64,000 nt of DNA from Phoronis australis (taxonomy: Eukaryota; Animalia; Phoronida). The stretch's first letter is position 1. Every line of letters begins with the position of its first letter. Below are positions 12,234-24,372 of this stretch, piece by piece. The stretch covers positions 2,996,228 through 3,060,227 of the forward strand of contig NMRA01000002.1 of the NCBI GenBank assembly GCA_002633005.1. Direction: 5' to 3'. The notes below the pieces were generated by a model. It had not been told where the DNA came from. It saw only the letters and a list, made by a program, of their open reading frames with translations, and ran no database searches. The position numbers and the translations under genes were made by a program.

Positions 12234-13919
12234 ATCAGTGTTTTCACCATAAAATATTTTATGAGTTTTTCATGAGTCTTTATCACTTTTCTACGCTGCT
12301 TTTTCTGACAAAATTACACTAGAGACAATGACAAGTTCACCAATGAAAACAAAATTTTATCTCACTATATCAGTTTTACATTAATTGAATATCAAACAAT
12401 GGCACACTTATGCTGAAGCAGATATACGCCCGTGGAGTCCATCAAACTGAATATTTAGACCACTTAAAAGTTGTTCCTTACTCTTAAAAGGATCAGTTCA
12501 CTTGATAAAAAATACAGGCCACCAGGGTAGAGTATAATAATGCTAGGACCTTGCAAGAAAAGCAACACTTCGTGGAATTAGTTACGCGACATATTGCTGA
12601 AAACATATAGAGAATAACGCCTGATTTTGGTTAGATCTTTCTTGACAGCTACTGAACTCTACCTAGTTATTCTCTTTATTTCTCCATTTGGCGTGTAGTG
12701 CTTGTAGACTGTGGGCCTAGACTGTGTGCGTGAGCCGTGCCCGTGGTTATAATGAGCAACTGCTAATGACTTTTTAATACATTGAGTTTTCACGAATTCC
12801 AGTATTAGATATTGAAATCATGTACCCAAGAGAGGCATTTTACTATTCTGCCAAATCGCTATTTAGGGCCATCTCAGCATCTGGCATGTAGACAAGGCCT
12901 GAAGGTAGGTCCAAGAGGCTCTGACCTACCCTGACAATGACCTATTACTTGTACGTCAGAGAACCACCATCATTATGACAGTCTTATGACCGACTTCCAT
13001 CTCAAAACAAGTGGTGACATTTGGGTAAGTACGAGTCCGAGTTAAAAATTTGCTTAATCAATGAGCAACCACATGCTAGACTCTTTTAACTCACCTAAAA
13101 GGTATGAAGTAGGAACAAACACTGTATATTTTATCGTTTAGGCCGCAACAAGCAGCTAATATTCCGCAAACCAGATAAGCCTACCCTCCCTTTGTGTGTC
13201 GGCTGAGGTCAAGAGGTCAAACAAGTTCCAGATTACACCGCTGGTAAATAATTTGCATCTAAATTTGAAATTTCACTTGGTTATAAAATGCACGGATACG
13301 ATATCATTTCAAAAAAAGTTAATTTCCCTTTTAAATTGAGTATGATATTATAACCTTGTTATTTTGAACATAGGACTACATTTTACATTTTGACCTATTT
13401 TTGTTGTCCCATTTTCATGAAAGATTGCTTGATCAGCCCGTGTCTTCGATCCCGGGGTCTCTATTCAAACTTTAATTATTGTATGTAGGCTAGTTACTTC
13501 TAATACAAACCATTTTGACGGTTTACAAAATGCTCTTCTCCAGCGACACAAACCACAAGTGTTCCCGATATCTACATTTTGGCCTGGGCGAAGTTTGTGA
13601 TAATCCACGAGGGGTACTCCTACTCGATCATATTTTTACTTGAAAACGCAGGGCCGTGTAACGGGGGCGGGGGGGGGGGGGGGGGGGGTGCTCCCAACAT
13701 TTTGGAGGCATCAGGGTTAAACCTTGGTAACTAACATAAGTGTGGTTCCAGGAACAGTCGAGAAAAGAAAGATTGCGAATCGCGGATATAATGAGACTAA
13801 AAATTCAAGAGACATTATACTATAGTATCAGTGCATGGTTTACCCTTTGAGGGTCCTGGCCAGGATGTTGTTGTTAGGCCGGGTCTCCATTTTGCCGCAT
13901 AGGTCATATAAACGCACTC

Positions 13920-14812
13920 GAAAACGTGCATTTAATCATTCATACATGTATTTTGCAAAATTAAGAAAACTGTAAATTCAACAAGACAATTTTTCTAACT
14001 CTGAATCCAAAACTATCCTTTTTCAGAGGGCCCTCTCTGACGGCAAAGGATAACGGAGACAGCTGTCGCTCTGTTTTTTCGCTTTTTTCTCGAAATTCTC
14101 GAAATATCACTTGAGAAAAATTGATGACCTAATAGATAATATCAATTGCAGCGCATTTCCTGATCGGCAGGGGCCCAGCCATCGAAGGGGACCAAAGCCG
14201 ACCGACATCAAGTAGCCAGTCTTTTCGTGGTTTATTAACAAATTCTTAAGGGGCCGACCACTTGGAGAGGGCCCAGATGTTGGAACCAATTTTCTCTTAT
14301 TTCCTGTTTTTGTGAAATCGTGCAACCATGAGCTTTCATGTTGAGGAAGTCACTTCCAGTTGCAGNGAAAACGTGCATTTAATCATTCATACATGTATTT
14401 TGAAAAATTAAGAAAACTGTAAATTCAACAAGACAATTTTTCTAACTCTGAATCCAAAACTATCCTTTTTCAGAGGGCCCTCTCTGACGGCAAAGGATAA
14501 CGGAGACAGCTGTCGCTCTGTTTTTTCGCTTTTTTCTCGAAATTGTGGAAATATCACTTGAGAAAAATTGATGACCTAATAGATAATATCAATTGCAGCG
14601 CATTTCCTGATCGGCAGGGGCCCAGCCATCGAAGGGGACCAAAGCCGACCGACATCAAGTAGCCAGTCTTTTCGTGGTTTATTAACAAATTCTTAAGGGG
14701 CCGACCACTTGGAGAGGGCCCAGATGTTGGAACCAATTTTCTCTTATTTCCTGTTTTTGTGAAATCGTGCAACCATGAGCTTTCATGTTGAGGAAGTCAC
14801 TTCCAGTTGCAG
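13920..14812. repeat. ~446-bp tandem duplication across a single N (13920-14365 / 14367-14812); probable assembly overlap artefact
   Basis: The near-identical copies abut exactly at N14366 and differ at only a few positions. Confidence 0.9.
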
Positions 14813-14981
14813 GGTCACACGACGATGGAATGAACTGTCACTCATTTTCCAAGCTTAATGATGTTTAGCCTTTCATCTCAAGGTGCCCCATTTCAGACGG
14901 TACCCTCTCTCGGTGGGGCGGTTCGGGGGAATTGTCCATTTGTCTCTCTATACATGTAAATCCGACACTGCCAAGTATTAA

Positions 14982-16445
14982 GGAGGGAAGTTGAGAGATT
15001 CCAAATTCATCAAAAACACAAAACATTCGTGCTCAGCGCAGTAGTATTAAGACATTCGCCTCAAACAGCCAAAAATGTGAAAAATGCAATGGGATTGATC
15101 TTCATTGAAAAGGTAGAATTTTGAAGAACGTGAATACCACTAGGCAAAGGGTCTCTTTCCGATGGTCACTGGTTAGTTATAAAATAATGTTACAATATTA
15201 GTATTTCTTTTAAAGATCGTTTAACTAGGAGCTGTTTGTAAGGAATTCGCACATGTCGAAAAGACTGTCGATTTGTGATGACCATGTGTATGTCGAATGG
15301 GGTACTCATTCAAAGTACTTTCAATGGAGTTCTACTTTAATTCGTGAACCGTTATACGCCTATACATCTGAAATGAGCAACAATACACCTTAATACGGAA
15401 TGCCCCGTCTCCCATCGTTTCCCCGGTTACCCGTCAAAAATCTGCGACCATGCCTGCGGAAATTGTTTATAACATTCCGTTTTAATAAACAAATTCCTTG
15501 GTTTCTGGTTTAGATGTTTATGTGCAGGTAACTACGAAAATTTACAGATTCATAGATTATCTTTGACAATTAGAAGCTAATCTTGTAAGAACTGACGATG
15601 TTTCAGCTGAATTTAGTTGCAGCTTGAACTTGGAAGAACTCAATAATCTGATCCCCAGCTAGTAAAATACACTGAGACGATTGTTGCTTAGCGGAGTTGC
15701 AACGCCGCCATAATGGAAATGGGTCAGAATGTTGCATTGTGGTTAAGTCGGTATTATTCAGTAAACAAGTACGTCGGCAAGCGTGGGGGCGAACCGGCCA
15801 CAGGGAGGTTATACATGTTATGTGCCCGGCTGCTATAATAACAGTTTGCGAAATAAAGAATTTAGGAACTACATATTTCCCAAGGATCAAGAATTGCGTA
15901 AAAATGGGTCTGAATCATCGGTAGAGCTGAGATTTATTGAATTCTTTCCGATTTCGTGGCATAAAGTACGCAGCGCTCATTTTGAGGGCGGCAAGAAAAC
16001 GTATCTTGGAAACTGTCCAACAATATTTCCCTTGAAAGAAACAGCAACAAATACTCCACGGCGGAGGGTAGAGAAAAAAAAATTTTCGCTTGACCAGAAC
16101 CAAATGAAGCCAACGTGAGCAATTTTGAGGATAATGCCTCTGCACCGGCAATCACCTGGCTGTTCTGTCGACTCGATCACTTAACGCACACTATGCATTG
16201 ACGTGCTAAGACAAAGTCCAGAATATTATTATTTATTTTAATATTTACTTTCTACAAAATTGTGGTGCATTGCTTTCAAAATTTGTTGTAAAAATACTAT
16301 CATTTTTCAGAAAATTGTGCTGAAATCCCAGGGCGAAATCTCGCCGACAGATGCGTAGCTGCCGGTCTCGCAATCGTCCGACAGGGCAACTTGAATTCGT
16401 GAAAAAGAATAAAGTTTCGACTCAACAAATTACCTGAAATCCTCC
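14982..16445 (+). mobile_element. Possible TTAA-bounded Kolobok-like element carrying the decayed THAP relic
   Basis: TTAA-GGAGG at 14978 and CCTCC-TTAA at 16441-16449. The terminal match is only ~5 bp, so the boundaries are tentative. Confidence 0.4.
15783..16118 (+). pseudogene. Decayed THAP (C2CH zinc finger) domain, transposase N-terminus relic
   Basis: GGYTCYVPGCYNNS...YIFPKDQELRK, with the conserved W (KWV*) shifted into another frame. HKVRSAHF has C->R in the CSxHF motif, followed by CPTIFP. Confidence 0.8.
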
Positions 16446-17789
16446 TTAAGTTTTCCAAATAGTGTCTCTCTAAGATTTTTGAGTTCTTGTGGAGTCTGGA
16501 TTAACTGCAGATTAAGTCCAAACCTGCGCTAGATTGTAGCCCGCAACACGAGAACAATCTCTGGAGGAACACACATGTTGATGTCACTGACGTTTGTTTT
16601 GAAGTTAGTATGCGCGTGTGTGAGAGTAAGCGTGCGTGTGCTTGTCATCAGAGTTCATTTGCCAGAGTAAATGCGATGTAATGATCTAGTTGTGCATTGT
16701 AACCAAAGAAATTAACTCAAGCAGTTAAGGTTATCTCTTCCTGGTGATAGAGATTTGAGAGGATAGTCACGTGACATTGAATGGACAACACACTACTCCG
16801 GATTTGAACCCGTTTAATTTTTATAAGATTATATTTGAAAGACCATGTTTATGCTTATTCCAAACAGTATTGAGGAGCTGAAGAGAGAAACCTCTGCGAA
16901 AAACAACAACATACTCCTCAATGAGTATAGCTGAGTGAACGAAAACTTTGCACGAGTCGAAATGCGCTTGCAAATGTGCTTGCAGCACTACTACAACGGA
17001 GGGCACTTGGAGCAAATTTTAATTAGGTAATAAAACGGTAACGAATCAAATTGTAATTTGGTAGAAATATAATCTACACACAGTAGTTTTGAATAGTCAA
17101 GTTTTGTGGTGATCTCCAATAAAAAAAATTATTTAAGAAGCAAAAACGGTGGTAGCATTTTCTGGATGGATCATCCTGCATATTTGACCTAGCCGTGACA
17201 GAGACTCTCAGTCGAAGGCTGGAACATCTTCGGCACATGTGTGGAATTTAGGGGCGCGGGTATGGAATTTGCACGACGAGTTTGTGTTTCAGTCCCGGTC
17301 TAGGAACGGGGTTTGAGGGATCATAGCTGGAATTTAGAAGCTCAACCATAGAATACGAGGTTTAACCACCACTAACTCCAGAAGAAGTGATTCCGTTTTT
17401 TTAAATTAGAATTCGCGGCTCTATAGTAACACTCCTCATCGAAGTTCCAAAACGTACGGCTAAGCTTTTGTTTAGATCGACAATAAAGACCCCAATGTGA
17501 GGTGTCAATATTTCGACAGCAGTACCTCTATAAGAGAAAAAATCCTTGGAAAGTCTACCTGGGGAATATCACCAGGGCTAAGTATCATCTTCTTGCGCAT
17601 GCATGAGCACCCACGACAGATCTTAGTCAGCGATGTCGAAAAAGGAAAGGCTAGCATAGAGAATTAGATTCTACGCTTGGCAGATGTAAATATATATACT
17701 TGCACTGTATAGGATATTGCCAGGCTTCATTGTAGGTGTACTTGGCTTTTCTGTATTTCCGGTACTTAGATGCACCGTTGTAGAGGTTC

Positions 17790-18690
17790 GATTGGACGTA
17801 TATTAATATGTACGTCATTGCTTTTCTGTACCTCCTTCAAAGACCAATTGAAGAATCTGTTGTCATCTTATTGGAACCATTTTTGAATCTCTTTGTTCCA
17901 GAAATTAGTTGCAAAATGGTCAGAATCTAAGGGTTCACCATTGTGAACAATCGCTGAAACAAGAGAATAGGACCCGTCGGAGCTTGTGGAGTTGTAAGTG
18001 CGGCACTGGGATTGAAGATTCATCTTCTTATAACAATCTATACGTACGACTGTATCTTTTCGATGCGCTTCTTAGTTTGCTGGATTCTCTGCACATGAAC
18101 AGTGACGACATACGGAGGGGACGATATCTTGAACTGAATGACATGTGGCTGTTGAACTGCTTGACCTTTCAGACGACACATGAGTGGCATGAAGAGGTGT
18201 TATCAGTCAGTCTTTTATTCCTGGCAAGTTCATTCATCATGCCATGTTATGTAGTTGACTTGGTCCAGTAGCAGGCTGTAGGTGATTCGGGAATGGCGAT
18301 GTGATGGTGAAGAAAGGCTCTTCAATGTAGTAATGAGAATTGCGACAACTGGGACATGATACCTGTGTTAGCAACAGTCCCGCAAGTAGGTCTGTGACGG
18401 TGGAGTCTTTCATTTCCATTTCCATACTGTTCCGTAGGTCACACATCAATTCGTGACAGTTCTCAAGTCTTCCATTGGCATAGCGTGGGAAATAGTCATG
18501 AAAGGCACAAATCAACTTTTGTGGACTCTTCTTCGATCTAGAAGCTCTATACTTGTTCTCGAAAAGTCCATAGAGCTTTTTCAGTTCCGGTGTTGTCTTT
18601 GCTTCACGAATGTTATCTTTGAAGCCTGGTTACATGCCTAAGAACCTGCAGCGCTGAATTGGTGCAGCACAAACTGTGGAGTATCATCAT
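17790..18690 (-). pseudogene. Intronless decayed ubiquitin-specific protease (peptidase C19/UCH domain)
   Basis: Cys box LCCTNSALQVLRHV (~18630-18675). The QxD-box/zinc-ribbon region reads RYANGRLENCHELM...TVTDLLAGLLLTQVSCPSC...EEPFFTITSP. His box YSLVSAIVHNGEPLDSDHFATNFWNKEIQKWFQ*DDNR, then TYILIY in a shifted frame. The motifs are collinear without introns and carry stops and frameshifts. Confidence 0.85.
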
Positions 18691-20149
18691 AGTTGGTGCA
18701 ACAGATGGCTATACGTTAACATCCGAAGGGATGGCAAGTTGCGAGGTCTCTGGATTATGGACCAGACATCTGTGGGTACAGGCTGACAAGAGCAAACATC
18801 AACAATAACAATAGATCTCGAAAGCCAAGCCGTGTGCCACTTCAGGTGGCACTACTTCAGGTGGCTGCAGCCTCGGATTATTAGCAAAAGAAATTGAATT
18901 CTAGGGGTAGGCCAGGCTCAGGGACAGTTTTGAGGTAGGCGTTGCATGTAGGCTCAGTAAATCTGGTTTGGTTGTATTTGTGAACATGGTGGTAATGAGA
19001 GAAGACCACCTGATTAGCTGTAGGTGCAGTTCTTCTACAAAATGGCGCCCCCTAGCTGTTGCATTTGTGCATTGTTGAGTAGCTACTGAGAAATCGGCTG
19101 CGATTTCAAGTAGCCCTCAAACAAGCCAGCAACTAGTTGGTTGAAAGCACCTTGGACGACATAAATGGAATCTGCTTCAGAATCTAATGTTAGCTTGTGT
19201 AGCGCATCGGCGGGGAAGTGGTTCTTTTGGTGTCAAAAGTGTCCATTTTGTGTTTCCCTCTTTTTTCTTAGCCAACCTTACTTTTCGGTAGGAGTGAAAC
19301 TGCCAAAGATACAAGACAGAATAAAGTTTTTATGTTCATCTATTTGGGGTTCTTGATGTGATGACGTGAAATGACCCAAACAGTGCTGCAGTGGTAAAGT
19401 TAGAGGCAAGTGGTCGCACAATGCCCACCGCATCACCTTGAGCACTCAATTTCGCAAAACCTGACTCACAAACATGTAAGCCTATTTTTGACTCACGAGT
19501 GCGTATTTACTTCGAGTTTGCAGTGGCGAATCTAGGATGTCGCAGAAAGGGTCCGAACCACACATATAGGAAGGTAAAGGTCCGCGTGCATTCCAAGCTG
19601 TCTCTGAAAGGGGGGGGGGGCAAACACAATTTTAAAGGAAATAGACGCGTAACGCCCAGAAACGATATGCTGGCGGCGTTTTTTAGTCGACTGTGGGTTG
19701 TGTCCTCGTGACCCTTCGGTCCCTCTTCCTCCACCTATAGTATGACACCATAACTGTTACTTTATCTCATGACATACTAATCTAAAATTTCATTACTCGG
19801 CGAACATACTCCGTACGCTTCAAAGACTAATTTACATAAACACGATATTACACAAGCAATATTACACAAGCATCGATGTTTCAATGAGCTTCAAGCACTA
19901 TGTACCCGCTACAATGTGCACACGTGCATGCAGTCATATATAATGTACAAACTTGAAGTAGGTTGTTCTTGCAGGCAGCTGTTCTTATTTTTTCATTTAA
20001 TTCTAAAGTTAGTAAATCACCAGGTACTAGTGACCAATCCAAAGATAGAGAGCTTTGTATAATAGTTGCAGAATCCTCCACAAACCTTTTGTCGGCAGTC
20101 TTATTGTTTACCAAGAAACATAATTAACTGGACTGAGAACTATCACCAG

Positions 20150-20600
20150 TTCCATGTTGTCGAATCATTCACGTTTCGGCATACGGTAGTGGGTCGAACA
20201 CGGAAACCAGGGAACCATTGACCTTGCCAAACAGCGAGCTGGAGGTATAGTTTCTAATAGCAAACAAGAGCGTAACTTCGTCTTTTACTATTCGATTCAT
20301 TTCGCTGAATCCTCGTTCACATTCAGCTGTACTGCAAGGAAGAGTCTTAATGCAGAGGTCCAGTTATCGCAGAGCACTTGGTAGGTTGTTTACTCTCGCC
20401 GTCTCCTTCATTTCTGCTGCTGTGACAACCAGGCCAAACCTATCGCAAATTCTCCTGACTTCGTGCTCGCAATGTTTTATCCCGGATCCCATCGACCTCG
20501 TTTTGGGGTCCAAAATGCCCAGAATTAGTACAAAATGCTCATCATTGTCAAGTCAACGCCACTCCAAGTTCATAACAACTTTTTAAATAAATTTCCAGGA
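20150..20600 (-). mobile_element. hAT transposase C-terminal dimerisation-domain relic (KIAA1586/ZNF862-like group)
   Basis: EVRRICDRFGL...LPSALR*LDLCIKTLPCSTAECERGFSEMNRIVK...KVNG...FDPLPYA contains the STAxCERGFS hallmark. A hAT-like end CAGTGCTGCAGTGG at 19381 may be its terminus. More degraded coding sequence may extend to ~21300. Confidence 0.85.
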
Positions 20601-20673
20601 CGGATGGTCACGCGCCGGAACATTCGGCAACAATGCTGTCGTCAGCGTAGCAGTGTAAGCTATTTTATCTAGA

Positions 20674-20850
20674 CTACGCCCCACTGTACCGTCACTTACT
20701 GTGCGTAGACACTACTTGAAGATGCAAAAAGATGGTTGTCTGCGCTTACGCCCCACTATAACGTAATTTACGGTGCGTAGGCGGTACGTTTAAATGCCGA
20801 AAGGTAGTTGGCTGAGCCTACGTGCTTGTACGCCCCACTATAGCACTGAC
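20674..20850. repeat. Three degenerate tandem units (~72-83 bp) starting TACGCCCCACT
   Basis: tacgccccact(g/a)ta occurs at ~20675, ~20747 and ~20829. The first two are followed by tac(t/g)gtgcgtag, a short inverted match to the unit start. Confidence 0.6.
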
Positions 20851-23800
20851 TCGAAACGTTTCTTTCATTGCATACAGGTTTTCATAGAGTGAAGAAAAGG
20901 TGACAAGTCCACTGATATGTGTTCTGCTAGGCAAAACCCAGTGAGAACTGTTCTGTGCCTCATAAACTGTGCATATCCACCTATAACTGATTTTCGAAAT
21001 AACTGCGCCATATTTAAATTTACTATCTCGCCAGACGTCTTTGGTTGACAAGAGTTCAGCAACTCATAAAGATCCGTAATGCGGACGGTAGGTTTCAACC
21101 TACTGGTATAAACAGCATTTTAACATATTTCTTCCTACGATAATGCCGGCATATTTCCACTGATAATGGCTCAGGAAAAAGGCAAAACTCTTGAAATATC
21201 TATGGATGAAGGACATCACGTTTCATACATTAAACAATGCGAAGAATCTGCTGCTGCGAATTCAGTTATAAAGCTGGAAAATTTCAATCGCAGCTGATGT
21301 CAAGAAGTTAAAATAAACTAATGAACTTAACCCAATCAAACAATGGGAGGTGCTGACAGTGGGATTTGTTTCCCCTGTTTTTAAATTAATGCACCACAAT
21401 GTGGTAATTGAATTTATGTGCACCGAATCTGAATCATTATCACGCGCAAGTCGTGTTCACGCTTCCATTGCTCTAGAGAGCGTCAATATGAAAAGTCCGT
21501 TATTGTAGTTCAGGAAAAGTAAAGTCTGTGAGTGATGAGATCCTGCATCGACGCGAAACTTACAAATATAGAGTAATAATGCAAAACTGTTTAGGCTTTC
21601 CATCACTGTCACGATAGAAGCACCCATTGGTTTACTCTGACGGGAGGCAATTCCTATGTTCTCACACAAAATGGATTTTGACGTATACCCATACGAATGT
21701 GTCAGTTGAAGCCGTGCAAGGACACTCTGTCACAATTATGTCGTTCGGAGGTGGAACACAGCAGGGGAGAGAAGAAAAGCCAAACAGGTATAATGCATTA
21801 GATGACATTTAGATTTCGTTTCTCTAATCTGATAAGACATGAATTATTATATTGTGTCCAGAAGCCGTTTATATATGTGACGTCACTATTTATTTCCAGA
21901 ACTGCGATATGTCATAATTAGCATTATTGTGGTGCGCAACCTCTAGAAAGGTCGCACACCACAATCGTGTTAAATTTCTTTTGCAGCATTAGCATTCACA
22001 AGCGAATGAAGCGTAGGAAATTTTCACGAGCAGTCATAACAATAATGAAAAAACTAACCAAACTAGCTTGTTAACTTATTGTCGTCTAGCAGCACAGGTC
22101 CTTGAATCTGTCTCTCGTATTCACTACTGGCGTCATGTCAGCTATGTTGTCAGGAGTCGACCATTAGGAGATTCGTGTGCCTGTGCCTAGTAGTAAGTTT
22201 TTTGTTTTGTAACCTTGCCACACTGCATCATTCTTCACTCCTGACTGCAAGCCTTTTTCCGACCGTTATATACGTTAAAACCAAATTAGGCTCAGAGTGG
22301 TAATTAAAATCACATTCGTAGACCAAGGTGAATTTCAGTAAATAATTGCCTACGCCTTCTCAAATTCTGACATTTTAATGAATTTACTGACACCACAATT
22401 ACACATGCATCATTTTCAGTGCTAAATGCACCAAATGTAAAGACTACACTAAAACTATCATACTTATCAGACGTTCCAATGATGAAAGAAAATTTTAAAG
22501 GTGTTTGTGGAACAGTATGCGAGACGTTGCTTTGTTGACAAAAATCTTGGTCAAATTCAACAACAATCACCTTTGTAACTGTTTGATACCTTTCATTTTT
22601 ATTTGCATCACTGTAATTCAACATCGTACCTGTCGTTATGTATTCGCCTGCACAGATAAAATGCATGCGTTTTCGTATGGGGCGAATAGCCTTATCTTAT
22701 CGTGACTCACTTTTTGTTTCCTTGAGCGGCCCCTTTGCATTAGACGAAACTGCAAATAGGATGCTTACGCTAAGTTTCGCATTCCTTTTTGCTCAGTCTG
22801 TCAGTTGTTCAAGAGGTAATGCCACCAACTGGATTCATTTTGAAAACAACGCTCCGAGTATCCAGCGTCAAAGTATATAAAAATAATTCTCGAAATACCT
22901 TCGGTGTAACCTTATGGTTCAGTCTAATCTTGACTGTTAGTGCGTCATGATTCTCAACTGTCGTACATGTCTGTACGTTATTACATTTTTTCGCGGTCCA
23001 ACACCGAAACTAATTGTGTTTGTTGTAAACTAATATCCTTTGCACACTGAGCGGAAATTATTCGTTGATGCTAAAATTAGTCTTGTAAGATGTCCTATAA
23101 AAATGAACTCTGCAAAGAACTATGGTTGTGCCATGAGATTTTCCTTAAACTGTGACAACGTCGTAGCTTATGCTGCGTAGAACTTCGCAACACAAATTTG
23201 CAATTTATACAAAACGCCCGAATGTGAAACATGTTTTATTTCCCTATTGGAAAACTTATAGCATGACATTCACCAGTGTATTCGCATTCTTTTTTATATT
23301 TGATGATAACAAAACTACGAACAATCTCTCTGCCCTCATGATCCACATTTTCGCTGAAGTCTTAACATTTGTGTGACTTGTCTGCACATCTACAAAAGGC
23401 ATGTCGCGTAAAACATGATTTTTAGTCAATGACGGGTTGTTTTTTCGTGTCCCTAAAACGTAGAAAGTGCGGCTTCGGTGGTTCATGAAATATGAACTGT
23501 TCTAAGGTCGCAAGAATTGTTTGATCCGCAGTCGATACAATATCCTCCACCACGGCCCTGGGTCGTCCCCTTTCGCGGTTGGCGCATTTTTCAATGCCCA
23601 GCGTCACAATATTTGTATCTCTGCTCCGCAAGGAAGACCCCTGCTTTGTACGGTGCCCTTAGACGTAGTTTAGTAGGCAAGGCCTTATGGATTATCCGGC
23701 ACTCGTGTTAGTCCTTTAAACATTTGTCGTCTTATTCAAGCGGGAATGATAAATTAGTGTAATATCTTCACGTCATGGGCGACTGTTGTGGTCAGTTATT

Positions 23801-24209
23801 TTCTGGTTCGCGCTTGAATAGAAGACGTATTTCACGAAAGAATTGCTGAAAATCATCTACCGTAAACCTTCGATTGAACGGACCCTGGATGAAATACTAA
23901 CATGTGCTCTTTTTGAATCTCAAAGTCTGTTCGTGACAATCGAGGGTAATTTCCGGTGGGAGAAATGCGTCGTCTTGGTTATGCCGTAACGAAAATCTAC
24001 AATTTTGTGAAGAAATTGATTGGAATTGAAAAATTTCGCAAAAATGGTACAAAGCAATAATAGCATTTTGTCAGTTTTTAACCAGGATTAACAGCTTTGA
24101 TAAAACACGAGACGCGCAAATAGACTTCGTTCAAATACTTACAGAGCCCACGTCCAGTCAAAGAAGCGCTTTACAATTGGTCTCAACTTGTTGAATTTCT
24201 TCCTGAGAT

Positions 24210-24372
24210 CAGTGGCGGATTTAAGGGGGGGGGGGGGCAAAGGGGCCATGCCCCCTAAAATTTTCCCAGATTCCATTTGGCAATACGGAGGTGCGAATGT
24301 CTGACGGGCAAAATCCTGGCTAATACTCTGCCCTGCCCCCACCCCTAACTCAAAATCCTGGATCCGTCCCTG
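24210..24372. mobile_element. GC-rich MITE with CAG...CTG termini and 5-bp TSD
   Basis: TIRs CAGTGGCGGATTTAAGG / CCTGGATCCGTCCCTG. GAGAT is duplicated at 24205-24209 and 24373-24377. Confidence 0.8.

Noticed and set aside
14107-14772. Two identical 72-aa ORFs as a gene pair
   Set aside because: They arise from the duplication across the single N and have no domain similarity.
17790-20600. USP as cargo of the adjacent hAT element
   Set aside because: A hAT-like terminus at 19381 lies between them, placing the USP outside. No enclosing TIR or TSD was found.
20674-20850. CRISPR-like array
   Set aside because: Eukaryotic context, only three degenerate repeats, and no cas genes.
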